This document shows positions 1 through 9,709 of a stretch of DNA of 64,000 nt, piece after piece. The notes beneath the pieces are model-generated. The model made no database searches and was not told the DNA's origin. It worked only from the letters and a program-made list of their open reading frames with translations. The stretch comes from Patescibacteria group bacterium (lineage in GTDB: Bacteria > Krumholzibacteriota > Krumholzibacteriia > Krumholzibacteriales > Krumholzibacteriaceae): NCBI GenBank assembly GCA_035529435.1, contig DATKWS010000154.1, forward strand, positions 22,064 to 86,063, given 5' to 3'. The position numbers and the translations under genes are program-made. The first letter of the stretch is position 1. Each line of letters begins with the position of its first letter.

Positions 1-151
1 GGCCGGGGGCGATGGTCCGTGCCGGAGATCGCGCGGCACGGGAGCGGGAGGCGCGCCCCCCAGAGATCGCCGTACACATGCATGCGTGGTGGGACCGGGT
101 ACGGTTCCGCACCCTGATCAACAGGTTCTGACTCGGAAGAAGGAAAAACAT

Positions 152-2116
152 ATGCCTGACGTACCGACAAAGCTGCCACCGGAGGCGTACCGGGAACTGA
201 ACGAGGGGGAGTCATACCATCCGATCGTACCCGCGGACCGGGCGCCGCTCGAGGTCACGCTGCGCTCTCTCGGGATCGGTCTTGTCATGGCGATGATCTT
301 CTCGCTTGCCTCGGCCTACCTTGCGCTCAAGGCGGGGCAGGGGATGGAGGCCGCCATACCGATCGCGATCCTTGCGGTCGGTATGGCCGGGGTCTTCGCC
401 CGCCGGAGCACGATTCTCGAAAACGTCATCATCCAGTCGGTCGGCGCCGCGTCGAGCGCGGTCGTGGCCGGTGCCGTGTTCACCATTCCGGCGCTCTACA
501 TGCTCGATATAGAGGTGTCGTTCTGGCATATCTTCCTGACCGCCTTCTTCGGCGGGTGCCTCGGCGTGCTCTTCCTGATCCCGCTGCGGAATTATCTCAT
601 GGTCAACGAACATGGAAAACTCCCCTTTCCCGAGGCGATGGCGACGACGGAGATACTGGTGGCGGGGGAGAGCGCCGGGCAGCAGGCGAAGACGCTCGTC
701 TGGAGCGCCCTCGTCGGATTCGTTTTCGATTTCTGTATACTGACCTTCAACTTCTGGCGGGAGGTCATCACCTTTCATGCGGTCGGGATCGGCCGCTGGC
801 TCGAGCGCCGTTTCGCCATGGCGATCCGTATCGACGGTCTCTCGGCGATCGTGGGGCTCGGCTACATCGTCGGGATCAAGTATGCCTCGATAATCGCTGC
901 GGGGAGTTTCCTCTCCTTTCTCGTTTTCATACCGTTCACCAAGTATATCGGCTCTCATCTCACCGGTGTCATCCCACCGGGGACCGTTCCCATCGCGGAC
1001 ATGGGCGTCGATGACATCTTCGTCAACTACGTGCGGCTGATCGGTATCGGCGGCATCGCCGGCGCGGGGATCATGGGAATCATCCGGAGCCTACCCTCGA
1101 TCGGGCAGTCGTTCATGCTGGGTGTAAAGGGGATTGCAGCGACGCACGGTGAGGTGCACGCGGACGTCAGGACGGAGCGGAACGTCAACATGCGGGATGT
1201 CCTGCTGGGGATCGCGGGGTGCGCGATCTGTGTATGGCTGTTCTTCCGCGGCGGGCTCGCCAATTCCCTCGTCTCCACGATCGGCGTTCTCCTCGCGCTC
1301 GGGATATCGTTTCTCTTCACGATGGTCGCCGCCCGCGCGATCGGCCTGATCGGGACGAATCCGGTCTCGGGCATGACGCTCGTGACCCTCATCATCACGA
1401 GCGTCATTCTCACGAGGGTCGGGCTCACCGGCAAACCGGGGATGTTCGTGGCGCTCATCGTCGGCGGCGTTGTCTGCACCGCGCTCGCCGTCGCCGGGGC
1501 CTTCGCCACCGACCTCAAGACCGGGTACTGGATCGGCGCGACACCGAGGAACCAGCAGGTCTACAAGTTCCTCGGCGTCCTCGTCTCGGCGGCCTTCTGC
1601 GGCATCGCCATGATACTGCTCGCGAAGACCTACACGCTGGGTTCGCTTGAAATGCCCGCGCCGCAGGCCTCCGCGATGAAGGAGATCATCTACGGCCTCA
1701 TGGGTCCCGAAGCCGGCGTGCAGTGGATCCTTTTCGCGTTCGGAGTGATCATCTCGGTGCTCCTCGCGATGAGCGGCGTGCCGGCGCTGGCCTTCGCGCT
1801 GGGAATGTACCTGCCGATACAGCTCAACACGGCCGTGCTGCTCGGCGGCTTCATCTCGTACCTCGTCGGTAGGAGCTCGAAGGATGCCGAACTGGTCAAG
1901 GAGCGAAAGGAACGGGGCATCCTCGTTGCATCCGGATACATCGCCGGCGGCTCGATCGCCGGGGTGTTCTCCGCCGTCGTTGCGGTTATCGGCCTGGACC
2001 GTTTCCTGCGGGTGACGTACTCCGAGACTGCGAGTGAGCTGCTTGCGATCGCTATGCTGGCCGCACTCTCACTCTTCATGTATCACTACTCGAAGATGGT
2101 GAAACGCGGGGGATGA
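152..2116 (+). CDS. OPT-family oligopeptide transporter (multi-pass membrane protein)
   Basis: 676-aa ORF with many hydrophobic helices and composition typical of the OPT superfamily. ATG at 152 is preceded by the GGAAGAAGGAAA RBS. TGA stop overlaps the next ATG (ATGA). Confidence 0.75.
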   Translation: MPDVPTKLPPEAYRELNEGESYHPIVPADRAPLEVTLRSLGIGLVMAMIFSLASAYLALKAGQGMEAAIPIAILAVGMAGVFARRSTILENVIIQSVGAASSAVVAGAVFTIPALYMLDIEVSFWHIFLTAFFGGCLGVLFLIPLRNYLMVNEHGKLPFPEAMATTEILVAGESAGQQAKTLVWSALVGFVFDFCILTFNFWREVITFHAVGIGRWLERRFAMAIRIDGLSAIVGLGYIVGIKYASIIAAGSFLSFLVFIPFTKYIGSHLTGVIPPGTVPIADMGVDDIFVNYVRLIGIGGIAGAGIMGIIRSLPSIGQSFMLGVKGIAATHGEVHADVRTERNVNMRDVLLGIAGCAICVWLFFRGGLANSLVSTIGVLLALGISFLFTMVAARAIGLIGTNPVSGMTLVTLIITSVILTRVGLTGKPGMFVALIVGGVVCTALAVAGAFATDLKTGYWIGATPRNQQVYKFLGVLVSAAFCGIAMILLAKTYTLGSLEMPAPQASAMKEIIYGLMGPEAGVQWILFAFGVIISVLLAMSGVPALAFALGMYLPIQLNTAVLLGGFISYLVGRSSKDAELVKERKERGILVASGYIAGGSIAGVFSAVVAVIGLDRFLRVTYSETASELLAIAMLAALSLFMYHYSKMVKRGG

Positions 2117-2865
2117 CCGGCGCCGTTGTCCACATGGAGCGCGATAGAAAGAACATAACCTTTACCCATTCCATCCGGACCCTCTATTCCGAGCAGGGCC
2201 TGCGATTCCAGCGGGAGAAGTACCTGCCGAAGATCGAGTTTCTGAGAAACCACTTCGGGGGGCGCTTCGGCGAGATACGCCTTGCCGATATCGGGGTCGG
2301 CTATGGGGTGTTTCTCCATCTGATGGAGAAGGAGTACGGGCTCCGGCGCCTGTACGGCATGGATCCGTTTCCCGATTCGATCGAGATCGCCGGGCGCTAC
2401 ACATCCGCACGTATCGAGCGGGGGGACATCACCGACGAGGAATGGCCCTTGGAGAAGGGATTCTTCGATGTCATCACCTGTTTCGACGTCGTCGAGCATC
2501 TCATGGACCCCGGAATCTTCTTCGGCCGTGCCGGCGACTACCTCGGGATCGACGGGCTCGTCGTCGTGACGACCCCCAACCGGGACCTGCCGTACCGGAT
2601 GCGCACCATCCCACTCATCGGTCTGCCCGATACGAATCCGACCCATATCAACGTGCGTGAGTCGCGTTACTGGAAAGGGCTGGTCCGCCGGTACGGTTTC
2701 GATATTCTCGCCGCCTGGAAGGGGGAGCACCTGACGCACATCCGTCTCGCCCCGAAGGTGCTCGCGGCACTCTGCTCGCTGCTGCGGCTGGATCACCGGA
2801 GGCTGCCGCTCGTCAATGCATTCGAGCAATCGTTCTGCATGGTGCTGCGGCGCGGTGCGGTGTAG
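2113..2865 (+). CDS. class I SAM-dependent methyltransferase
   Basis: Motif I-like LADIGVGYGVF and the acidic loop FDVITCFDVVEHLMDP typical of the Rossmann methyltransferase fold. Start is translationally coupled to the upstream gene. Confidence 0.65.
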   Translation: MTGAVVHMERDRKNITFTHSIRTLYSEQGLRFQREKYLPKIEFLRNHFGGRFGEIRLADIGVGYGVFLHLMEKEYGLRRLYGMDPFPDSIEIAGRYTSARIERGDITDEEWPLEKGFFDVITCFDVVEHLMDPGIFFGRAGDYLGIDGLVVVTTPNRDLPYRMRTIPLIGLPDTNPTHINVRESRYWKGLVRRYGFDILAAWKGEHLTHIRLAPKVLAALCSLLRLDHRRLPLVNAFEQSFCMVLRRGAV

Positions 2866-2947
2866 CATCGGCCGGATCCCGGCCGCGGCCCTCCGGCGCC
2901 GGAATGGATTATCGCGATCGCGGTGCCCGCGGTACGGCCGTACCGTT

Positions 2948-3814
2948 TTACTCCGGCGAGTAGGTGACCGATATCCGGTCCCCCGGTTCATCCTCGAAGT
3001 ACCCGTATACATTCAGAATGATGTCATCGAATCCGCCGTAACCGGCCGCGTACCGTTCGGCGATCTCCCTGATATCGAATGAACCCTGCGTCGTGATGAA
3101 CGCCTCGCAGAAATCCCCGAGGTTGACGTGCTGGAGAAACAGATTCGTCTGGACGGGGTACGATTCCATGAATGCGGGACTCCAGTACAGCTTGTACGCG
3201 TGATCCCCGCAGCCGCCGCCGTGCGACACGGTCAGTGTCAGCACGTTGCCGGTGATCGTTCCCTCCCGGACAACGACGGGGTCCCGCTGGAGCAGACCGG
3301 GAGGGGAAGAGGTGGGGATTACACGATCGATCCGGACGCCGTTCGATACCTTTCCGATCATCAGGATGGCGCTGTAGTCCTCGGGATCGTAATCGTGCTC
3401 GAGATCGGGATAGGGATCGAGCCGGAGGAGTGTGAAACTGTACCCCCATGTGTAATCGGTCATGTCGGGAGTCTTGCCGGGCTCGCTCGACGGCCGGATG
3501 ATCGGCGTCACAGTCGAGGGTCCCCTGCCGGGCAGGTCGATCCGGAATGCGGTAGCGGCCTGCCCCTCCCAGAAGCAGTCGACCTCGAAGGGGCATCTCC
3601 CTTCGGTGACATGTATGAAGGTGATGTAGAGATTCTCCTCCTCGACGAGGACGGTCTGCCCGTAACCGATCGAGATATCCGCTTCGAGATCCTTTACGAC
3701 GATATCCGGTTGCGGAAGGTCTTGACCGCACGGGCAGATACATGAATCATCGGAACAGTTGACGAGCGGGAGACAGCAGATGAGCGTAAGCGCTATCCGT
3801 GCGAGAGTGCGCAT
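2948..3814 (-). CDS. hypothetical secreted lipoprotein
   Basis: N-terminal signal peptide MRTLARIALTLICCLPLVNC-SDD with a lipobox cysteine. No recognisable catalytic motif. Confidence 0.5.
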   Translation of the reverse strand: MRTLARIALTLICCLPLVNCSDDSCICPCGQDLPQPDIVVKDLEADISIGYGQTVLVEEENLYITFIHVTEGRCPFEVDCFWEGQAATAFRIDLPGRGPSTVTPIIRPSSEPGKTPDMTDYTWGYSFTLLRLDPYPDLEHDYDPEDYSAILMIGKVSNGVRIDRVIPTSSPPGLLQRDPVVVREGTITGNVLTLTVSHGGGCGDHAYKLYWSPAFMESYPVQTNLFLQHVNLGDFCEAFITTQGSFDIREIAERYAAGYGGFDDIILNVYGYFEDEPGDRISVTYSPE

Positions 3815-3936
3815 TGTCCACCTCCCTGTTACGGTATAATATAATGCCTACCGCCTATCGGTAAACGTCCCATTCCCGGGCGGTGTCCGCGTTACGCGAA
3901 CCGCGGCGGTACGGAATCGCGGGCGGCATCGTCTCG

Positions 3937-4179
3937 TTACGGGGTATCGATTCCGGTGGGGGGTGGTGCCGTTTTCCGGTTTTCTTTTCTGCCGCAACGT
4001 ACCGTTGCGATGACATATCCGATAATGATGCCGAGGACCAGGGTGAACAGGATCATGACGATCCGCGGCATTCCGAATTCCCAGAACAGCAGGTGAATCG
4101 GCACGTTCGCCGTGTTCTGGAGGGCTATCACCAGCGCGATGATAATGAGAATCAAGGCAACGACGATCTTTGTATTCAT
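3937..4179 (-). CDS. LapA-like (DUF1049) small inner-membrane protein
   Basis: 80-aa ORF with two TM helices separated by a short loop and a basic C-terminus, the pattern of LapA/YciS-family proteins. Confidence 0.45.
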   Translation of the reverse strand: MNTKIVVALILIIIALVIALQNTANVPIHLLFWEFGMPRIVMILFTLVLGIIIGYVIATVRCGRKENRKTAPPPTGIDTP

Positions 4180-4292
4180 ATCAAACCTCTCCTGTCGGCA
4201 CCGCTACTATGAACGTTTTTCGCGCACGAAGTCAATGGTATTCGTGATCGATCCCGGGAGGTGATACGGTGCACGATGTGCAGCGGTGAGGA

Positions 4293-6269
4293 TCAGGCGC
4301 GGTCCAACCAGAGAAGTGTCTGGCCCGCCGAGACGGTGTCATGCGGGGAGACCTCGACGGAGGAAACGGTCGCCCCGACCGGAGCGGTGATCTCCGTCTC
4401 CATCTTCATCGCTTCGAGCGCGATGAGCACGGCCCCGCCCTCGACGACATCGCCGGGCTGCACATTGATCCGGATGATGGCCCCGGGCATCGGGGCCGTA
4501 ATGGCGATCTCACCTTCATGATTGACATGGTGGGCGGCCGCGGCGGCGTACGACCGGGCGCTCCGTGTTCTTCCCGCTCCCGTATGCCGGGATCCGCCGC
4601 CGGTTTGCCGGGTGCCCGTGGCGGTGTGAGAACTCCCGTTCTGCGCTCTTTGTTCCACTCCCTGCCCGTGTACCTCGATACCGTACGTCGTCCCGTCGAC
4701 GGTGATCGTCCTTCCGTCGATGAGAATCGCGTACGTCCGGTCGGCGACGGTGACCCGGTATGCGGCCTTCCGCCGCTGCGTCCCGTCCGGCCGGCCCGTT
4801 CCCGCCGGACCACCCGGAGGGGATGCCTTCCGGTCGAGCGCGATCGTTTCGCATTTCTCCGACGGTGTGATCTTCCGGATGTTGAGCTTGGCCTCGCCCC
4901 GGAGGAACGCGATCCCCTTGTCCCGGCATGTCGCGGCGATGAATATGTTCTCGTCGGTGATCGGTACGGCCGCCTCTTTGAGCAACCGTTTCGCCGCCCC
5001 GACTCCCTTTGAAGGGTCCTCGTCATTTATCTCGCGCGGGCTCCGCCCGGTCGGTTCGAGGCCGAGTTGCTCCGCGGCGAGCTCGACGATCTTCGGGTCG
5101 GGAGGAACCGGGGTCCTGCCGAAGTATCCGAGTACCATCTTGCCGTATCCCTCGGCGATCCGCTCCCACGGTCCGAACATTACATTATTGAATGCCTGCT
5201 GGAAGTAGAACTGGCTGACCGGCGTAACGGAGGTTCCGAATCCTCCGAGCGCCACCACATCCTTCATTGCCGCGATGACCTCGGGGAACCGGGCGAGGAT
5301 CTTGTTGTCGCGCATCATCTGCGTGTTGGCCGTGTAGGCGCCGCCGGGCATCGGCGAGAAGGGAATCATCGGCTCGACCCTGATCGCCTCGGGGGGGAGG
5401 AAGTAATCCTGCATGCATTCTTTGAGCACTTCCTCCGCCTTCAGCACTTTGTCGATGTCGATGCCGAGGTCGTACTCCGTGCCGCGCAGGGCGTGCCACA
5501 TGACGGCCACATCGGGTTGCCCCGTACCGCCCGAGACGGGCGCCATCGAGAGGTCGAGCGCGTCGGCCCCGGCCTCGAGGGCGGCCCGGTAGCAGGTTAT
5601 GCTGGTGCCGGCCGTCTCGTGCGTGTGGAAGCGGAGGGGGGTTCCGGGAGGCAGCATCCTCCGGGCCTGCGCGATCGTGTCGTGGACCGTCCCGGGCGTG
5701 GCGGTACCCGAGGCGTCCTTGAAGCAGACCGAGTCGAACGGTATGCCGGCATCGAGGATATTCCGGAGCACCGTCATGTAGAACTCGGGTGTGTGGGCCT
5801 CACGCGAGCCGGGCGGCATCCCCATCATCGTAACGCAGATCTCGTGCCTGAGTCCCGCGTTCACGATACAGCGGCCGCTGTAGTCGAGGTTGTCGACGTC
5901 GTTGAGGGCGTCGAAATTTCGTATCGTGGTGATCCCGTGTTTCTTGAACAGTTCGGCGTGGAGCTCGATGATGTCACTGCTCTGCGACTCGAGCCCGACG
6001 ACATTGATTCCGCGCGCGAGCGTCTGGAGGTTCGCGTCGGGACCGGCGGTTCGCCGGAACGCGTCCATCATTTCGAAGGCGTCTTCATTGCAGTAGAAAT
6101 AGAGGGACTGGAAGCGTGCTCCGCCGCCCGCCTCGAAGTGCGTGAGCCCCGCCTCGACGGCCGCTTCGACCGCGGGCAGGAAATCCTTTGTCAGAACACG
6201 GGCGCCGTAGACGGACTGAAACCCGTCCCTGAACGCTGTGATCATGAATTCGATCCGTTTTTTCGCCAT
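4293..6269 (-). CDS. pyruvate carboxylase subunit B / oxaloacetate decarboxylase alpha (5S carboxyltransferase with C-terminal biotinyl domain)
   Basis: N-terminal TIM-barrel carboxyltransferase region (FMITAFRDGFQS...). C-terminal biotin attachment motif EAMKMET. A long Gly/Thr/Arg-rich linker lies between the two domains. Confidence 0.8.
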   Translation of the reverse strand: MAKKRIEFMITAFRDGFQSVYGARVLTKDFLPAVEAAVEAGLTHFEAGGGARFQSLYFYCNEDAFEMMDAFRRTAGPDANLQTLARGINVVGLESQSSDIIELHAELFKKHGITTIRNFDALNDVDNLDYSGRCIVNAGLRHEICVTMMGMPPGSREAHTPEFYMTVLRNILDAGIPFDSVCFKDASGTATPGTVHDTIAQARRMLPPGTPLRFHTHETAGTSITCYRAALEAGADALDLSMAPVSGGTGQPDVAVMWHALRGTEYDLGIDIDKVLKAEEVLKECMQDYFLPPEAIRVEPMIPFSPMPGGAYTANTQMMRDNKILARFPEVIAAMKDVVALGGFGTSVTPVSQFYFQQAFNNVMFGPWERIAEGYGKMVLGYFGRTPVPPDPKIVELAAEQLGLEPTGRSPREINDEDPSKGVGAAKRLLKEAAVPITDENIFIAATCRDKGIAFLRGEAKLNIRKITPSEKCETIALDRKASPPGGPAGTGRPDGTQRRKAAYRVTVADRTYAILIDGRTITVDGTTYGIEVHGQGVEQRAQNGSSHTATGTRQTGGGSRHTGAGRTRSARSYAAAAAHHVNHEGEIAITAPMPGAIIRINVQPGDVVEGGAVLIALEAMKMETEITAPVGATVSSVEVSPHDTVSAGQTLLWLDRA

Positions 6270-6289
6270 GGTCCGTCTCGCCTGCTGAT

Positions 6290-7336
6290 TCACTCCTGCG
6301 GCTTGATGATGACCTTGATCGATTCTGTCCCTGCGGCGACAAGGCGAAAACCCGCGCCGGTCTCTCCGAGGGGCAGACGGTGGGTCACCATGTCGGTTAC
6401 CGTGAAATCCGGATCACGGAGCATCTCGATTGCCTTCTCTATGTCCTCGGGGCATCCCGCGTATGTCGAATGGATCGTGATCTGATCGCGCCATATCCGG
6501 AAGAATGGAAGCGTCACCTCGACTCCCGGTTCGAGCGGTGCAAAGAGCAGGACCGTGCCGCCGCGCTCCGCCGACCGGAACGCCTGCTCCACGACGGACG
6601 TCATCCCGGCACAGGTTATGACGAGATCGAAAAGTGCGTCCTCGTTCAGCGTCCGGAGCCTCGCCGGTGTTGCATCTCCGGCGACAAGCGCCGCGTCGGC
6701 CCCGAAGCGCCGCGCGGCCTCGAGCCGGTACCGCTCGATATCGGTCGTCACGATGCGCCCGGCTCCCCGCGCCCTGAGGGCCTTGACGAAGAGAAGTCCC
6801 GATATGCCGCTTCCCAGGACGAGCACACTGCCGCCTGCCTTGAATCCCGCTACACGGAGACCCCGCAGCACGCATGCCAGGGGCTCCACGAAGGCGCCCT
6901 CGTCGAACGACATCCCTTCCGGCAGAAGGAACGTACCGGTCCGTACGTTGATCTCGGGCACCCTGATAAACTGGGCGAATCCACCCGGATCGAAGTTCGT
7001 CGAGCGGAGCGTGTCGCAGAGCGAGTGCTGTCCCGCTTCACAGTACCGGCACTCATTGCACGGCACGTGGTGCGATACGAATACGCGGTCCCCCGCACTG
7101 AACCGTTCGACCCGTTTCCCCGCATCGACGACGACCCCGGCGATCTCGTGTCCGAGTACGAGCGGCGCTTTCTGAATTCGGTACCACTCCATCACATCAC
7201 TGCCGCAGATACCGCTCGATTCCACGCGCACGAGCAGCTCCCCGGGGCCGATCGCGGGAACGGGACGTTCCTCGATACGGATATCGTTGTTGTTGTAGTA
7301 TTCCGCTGCACGCATCGTTTTCACGGTGTGCACCAT
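6290..7336 (-). CDS. zinc-dependent alcohol dehydrogenase (MDR family; sorbitol/threonine dehydrogenase-like)
   Basis: Catalytic-zinc motif GICGSDxxxxxG...GHE and structural-zinc cysteines CNECRYCEAGQHSLC. Rossmann GxGxxG motif LVLGSGISG. Confidence 0.8.
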   Translation of the reverse strand: MVHTVKTMRAAEYYNNNDIRIEERPVPAIGPGELLVRVESSGICGSDVMEWYRIQKAPLVLGHEIAGVVVDAGKRVERFSAGDRVFVSHHVPCNECRYCEAGQHSLCDTLRSTNFDPGGFAQFIRVPEINVRTGTFLLPEGMSFDEGAFVEPLACVLRGLRVAGFKAGGSVLVLGSGISGLLFVKALRARGAGRIVTTDIERYRLEAARRFGADAALVAGDATPARLRTLNEDALFDLVITCAGMTSVVEQAFRSAERGGTVLLFAPLEPGVEVTLPFFRIWRDQITIHSTYAGCPEDIEKAIEMLRDPDFTVTDMVTHRLPLGETGAGFRLVAAGTESIKVIIKPQE

Positions 7337-7385
7337 TCCTGTTCTTGAGAGGCGAAGAGAGGTTTGTGGCGAAACGGCCGCCGTG

Positions 7386-8183
7386 TCAGGTCGTTTTGGC
7401 CATCTCGCCTTCGTAGATCTCCATGGCCTCGTCGACCGTGGCCCCCCCGTGCACGACGGCGCGGACGCCGCGTATCGAGGCCACCGGCTGCTCCGACTGC
7501 CAGATGTTCCGTCCCATGTCGACGCCGACCGCGCCCTGGCTCATCGCGTCGTGAGCGAGCTGGAGGGCGTCGCGGAACGTTTCGAGCTTCGGTCCGCCCG
7601 CGATGACGACCGGTACGAGGCACGATTCGACGACCTTCTGGAAATCGTCGCAGTAGTATGTTTTGACGAAATGGGCGCCGAGCTCGGCCGCTATGCGGCA
7701 GCAGAGCGAGAGGAAACGCGCATCGCGCTTTTCGAGTTTCTTGCCGACTGCGGTCACCGCCAGTACGGGGATGCCGTACCGCTGTCCCTCGGTGACGAGA
7801 TCTGCGAGATTCTTGAGCGTCTGTTTCTCGTATTCCGTCCCGACAAATATCGAGAGCGCGACGGCGGAGACGTTGAGACGGATCGCCTCCTCGAATGTCG
7901 TGGTGATCTCCTCGTCGGCGAGCGACGGTCCGATGATGCTCGTTCCTCCCGAAACCCGCAGCACGATCGGCAGGTTCTCGGTGGGCTCTACCGATGTTCG
8001 GAGCACGCCCCGCGTCAGCATCAAGGCGTCCGCGTACGGTATGAGCGGCGTTATGGTATCCCGCGGAACCTCGAGCTTGCGTGTCGGTCCGAGAAAGTAG
8101 CCGTGATCGACCGCCAGCATGACCGTGTGACCGGTATCCGGTTTGATAATACGAGACAATCTGTTTTTGAGTCCCCAGTCCAT
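7386..8183 (-). CDS. DhnA-type class I aldolase family protein (FbaB/LsrF/AroA'-like)
   Basis: About 265 aa with conserved DHGYFLGP and VKTYY (Schiff-base lysine region) signatures of the DeoC/DhnA aldolase family. ATG at 8183 has a GGAGA RBS. Confidence 0.65.
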   Translation of the reverse strand: MDWGLKNRLSRIIKPDTGHTVMLAVDHGYFLGPTRKLEVPRDTITPLIPYADALMLTRGVLRTSVEPTENLPIVLRVSGGTSIIGPSLADEEITTTFEEAIRLNVSAVALSIFVGTEYEKQTLKNLADLVTEGQRYGIPVLAVTAVGKKLEKRDARFLSLCCRIAAELGAHFVKTYYCDDFQKVVESCLVPVVIAGGPKLETFRDALQLAHDAMSQGAVGVDMGRNIWQSEQPVASIRGVRAVVHGGATVDEAMEIYEGEMAKTT

Positions 8184-8325
8184 TACTTGTTCTCCTTCTC
8201 TGTCCGGTAAAAATAACGATATGTACAGGATCGGATTATAGGTACACCCGCCGTGCCCGGTCAAGGACGATTTGGCGGCGCGCCCCGGCGGCCGCTTCGA
8301 ACGGGGAGTGACTGACCGGCGGGGC

Positions 8326-9540
8326 TCACCCGCATACGATATCCTCCGGAATCAATTCCATGGAGGCCCTTCCGGCCGGTATCCGGCCATGACGGAGGCT
8401 GACGAGGAGGTAGACGAGAACGATCGATGTGACGACCGCGAGGACCAAAAACGGTGTGTGTATGCCGAAGGCGTCCGAGAGGAATCCCGAGGCGAACGCG
8501 AAGGTCGAATTGCCGATGATCATGACGTTCGACACGAGGCTGAAGGCGGCCGTCCGGTTCTTCGCGTCGATGATGCTGCCGACGAATGAGAGGTTCACGG
8601 GGTAGGTGATGAAGATGGCCAATCCGTAGACGATGATCGCCGCGATGGTGACTGCGGCATTGTCGCTGATTCCCATTACGAGAACCGATGCGATGACGAC
8701 GACATAGGCGAGTGTCAGGGTCCGCGATCGTCCCAGGAAATCGGCGATATATCCGTAGAACATCGTTGAGACGGTGCCCGCCGCCAGCCAGCAGGCGAGG
8801 ACGACGCCCGTCCGCGACATCGGTATTCCGAGTTTGTGGTTGAGGAGGCTCGGGGCGTAGTTGAGCGTGATGCCCCATGAGATGCCGCCGAGCAGTAACA
8901 AGGGGATAAAGGGCTTCAGCTTGCAGAACGTTTCCCGCCACGATACGTGTTCGTTCCTCAGGACCACCGGCCGGTCGGATGTTCCGCGCGAGATGAGGAG
9001 CCCAAAAAGCAGGACGATGAAATTGACGCCGCTCCACACGAGGAGCGGCAGTTTCCAGTTGAAGCGCTCTGCGAGAAATCCCGTCAATATGAAGGATACA
9101 AGCACGCCGATGTCGCCGAATGCGCTCTGTAAGCCCATCGCGCGATCGAGCCGCTTCCCGGCGAATGCATGCGAGATCCATGCGATGCCGACTGGATGGT
9201 AGATGCTCGTTCCGATTCTCACGCCGATGAAGAACAGCACGAGCGTGAGGTAGCTGCTTGAGAGAGTCAGGAGCAGCAGGGAAAAACCGACGATGGCCGC
9301 GTCGAGGGCGAGAAAGCGCCGGTAATGGTGGGTCCTCACGTGGTGGCCGATGAGCAGTTGAAACAGAAATGCGACGATGAGCCCGACGAGGATGATCGTG
9401 CCGATGTCCGAGTACCGTTGGATAAGGTCGGTTTTCGTGTACAGTATGGGAAAAACGGCCGGCAGCGCCACGACCGAACCGTCGTTGCAAGCGTGGTGAA
9501 GCGAGACCGCCGCCAGTATCCGTCGTTTAATTCTATCCAT
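8326..9540 (-). CDS. MFS transporter
   Basis: 404 aa with 12 predicted TM helices. Has the D-R/K-x-G-R-like loop motifs typical of the major facilitator superfamily. Confidence 0.7.
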   Translation of the reverse strand: MDRIKRRILAAVSLHHACNDGSVVALPAVFPILYTKTDLIQRYSDIGTIILVGLIVAFLFQLLIGHHVRTHHYRRFLALDAAIVGFSLLLLTLSSSYLTLVLFFIGVRIGTSIYHPVGIAWISHAFAGKRLDRAMGLQSAFGDIGVLVSFILTGFLAERFNWKLPLLVWSGVNFIVLLFGLLISRGTSDRPVVLRNEHVSWRETFCKLKPFIPLLLLGGISWGITLNYAPSLLNHKLGIPMSRTGVVLACWLAAGTVSTMFYGYIADFLGRSRTLTLAYVVVIASVLVMGISDNAAVTIAAIIVYGLAIFITYPVNLSFVGSIIDAKNRTAAFSLVSNVMIIGNSTFAFASGFLSDAFGIHTPFLVLAVVTSIVLVYLLVSLRHGRIPAGRASMELIPEDIVCG

Positions 9541-9709
9541 GCGGTGACCGCCGTTTCATTCGATCGGGAACGGTCTCGCTGCGCCGGAAGGGTCCACGAA
9601 TCGGCCGACCGCGCCGGTCGATGCTCGAAAAGTGAATATATACGTTCCTCATTGTAGATGTTAGTATTTTCCGTGTCGGAACGAACCGTTTTCGAAGTGG
9701 AGGTGCTCG

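Noticed and set aside
212-958. 248-aa minus-strand ORF inside the OPT transporter gene
   Set aside because: Arg/Asp/Glu/Pro-rich translation typical of an antisense frame in 65% GC DNA. It overlaps a well-supported membrane-transporter ORF completely.
5067-6485. 472-aa plus-strand ORF antisense to pycB and the alcohol dehydrogenase gene
   Set aside because: Low-complexity R/G/E/D-rich product with no motif. The opposite strand carries strong biotin-carboxylase-subunit and MDR motifs.
8261-9490. 409-aa minus-strand ORF in a different frame overlapping the MFS transporter
   Set aside because: Arg/Pro/His-rich nonsense-like translation. The alternative frame (8326-9540) gives a 12-TM MFS protein.
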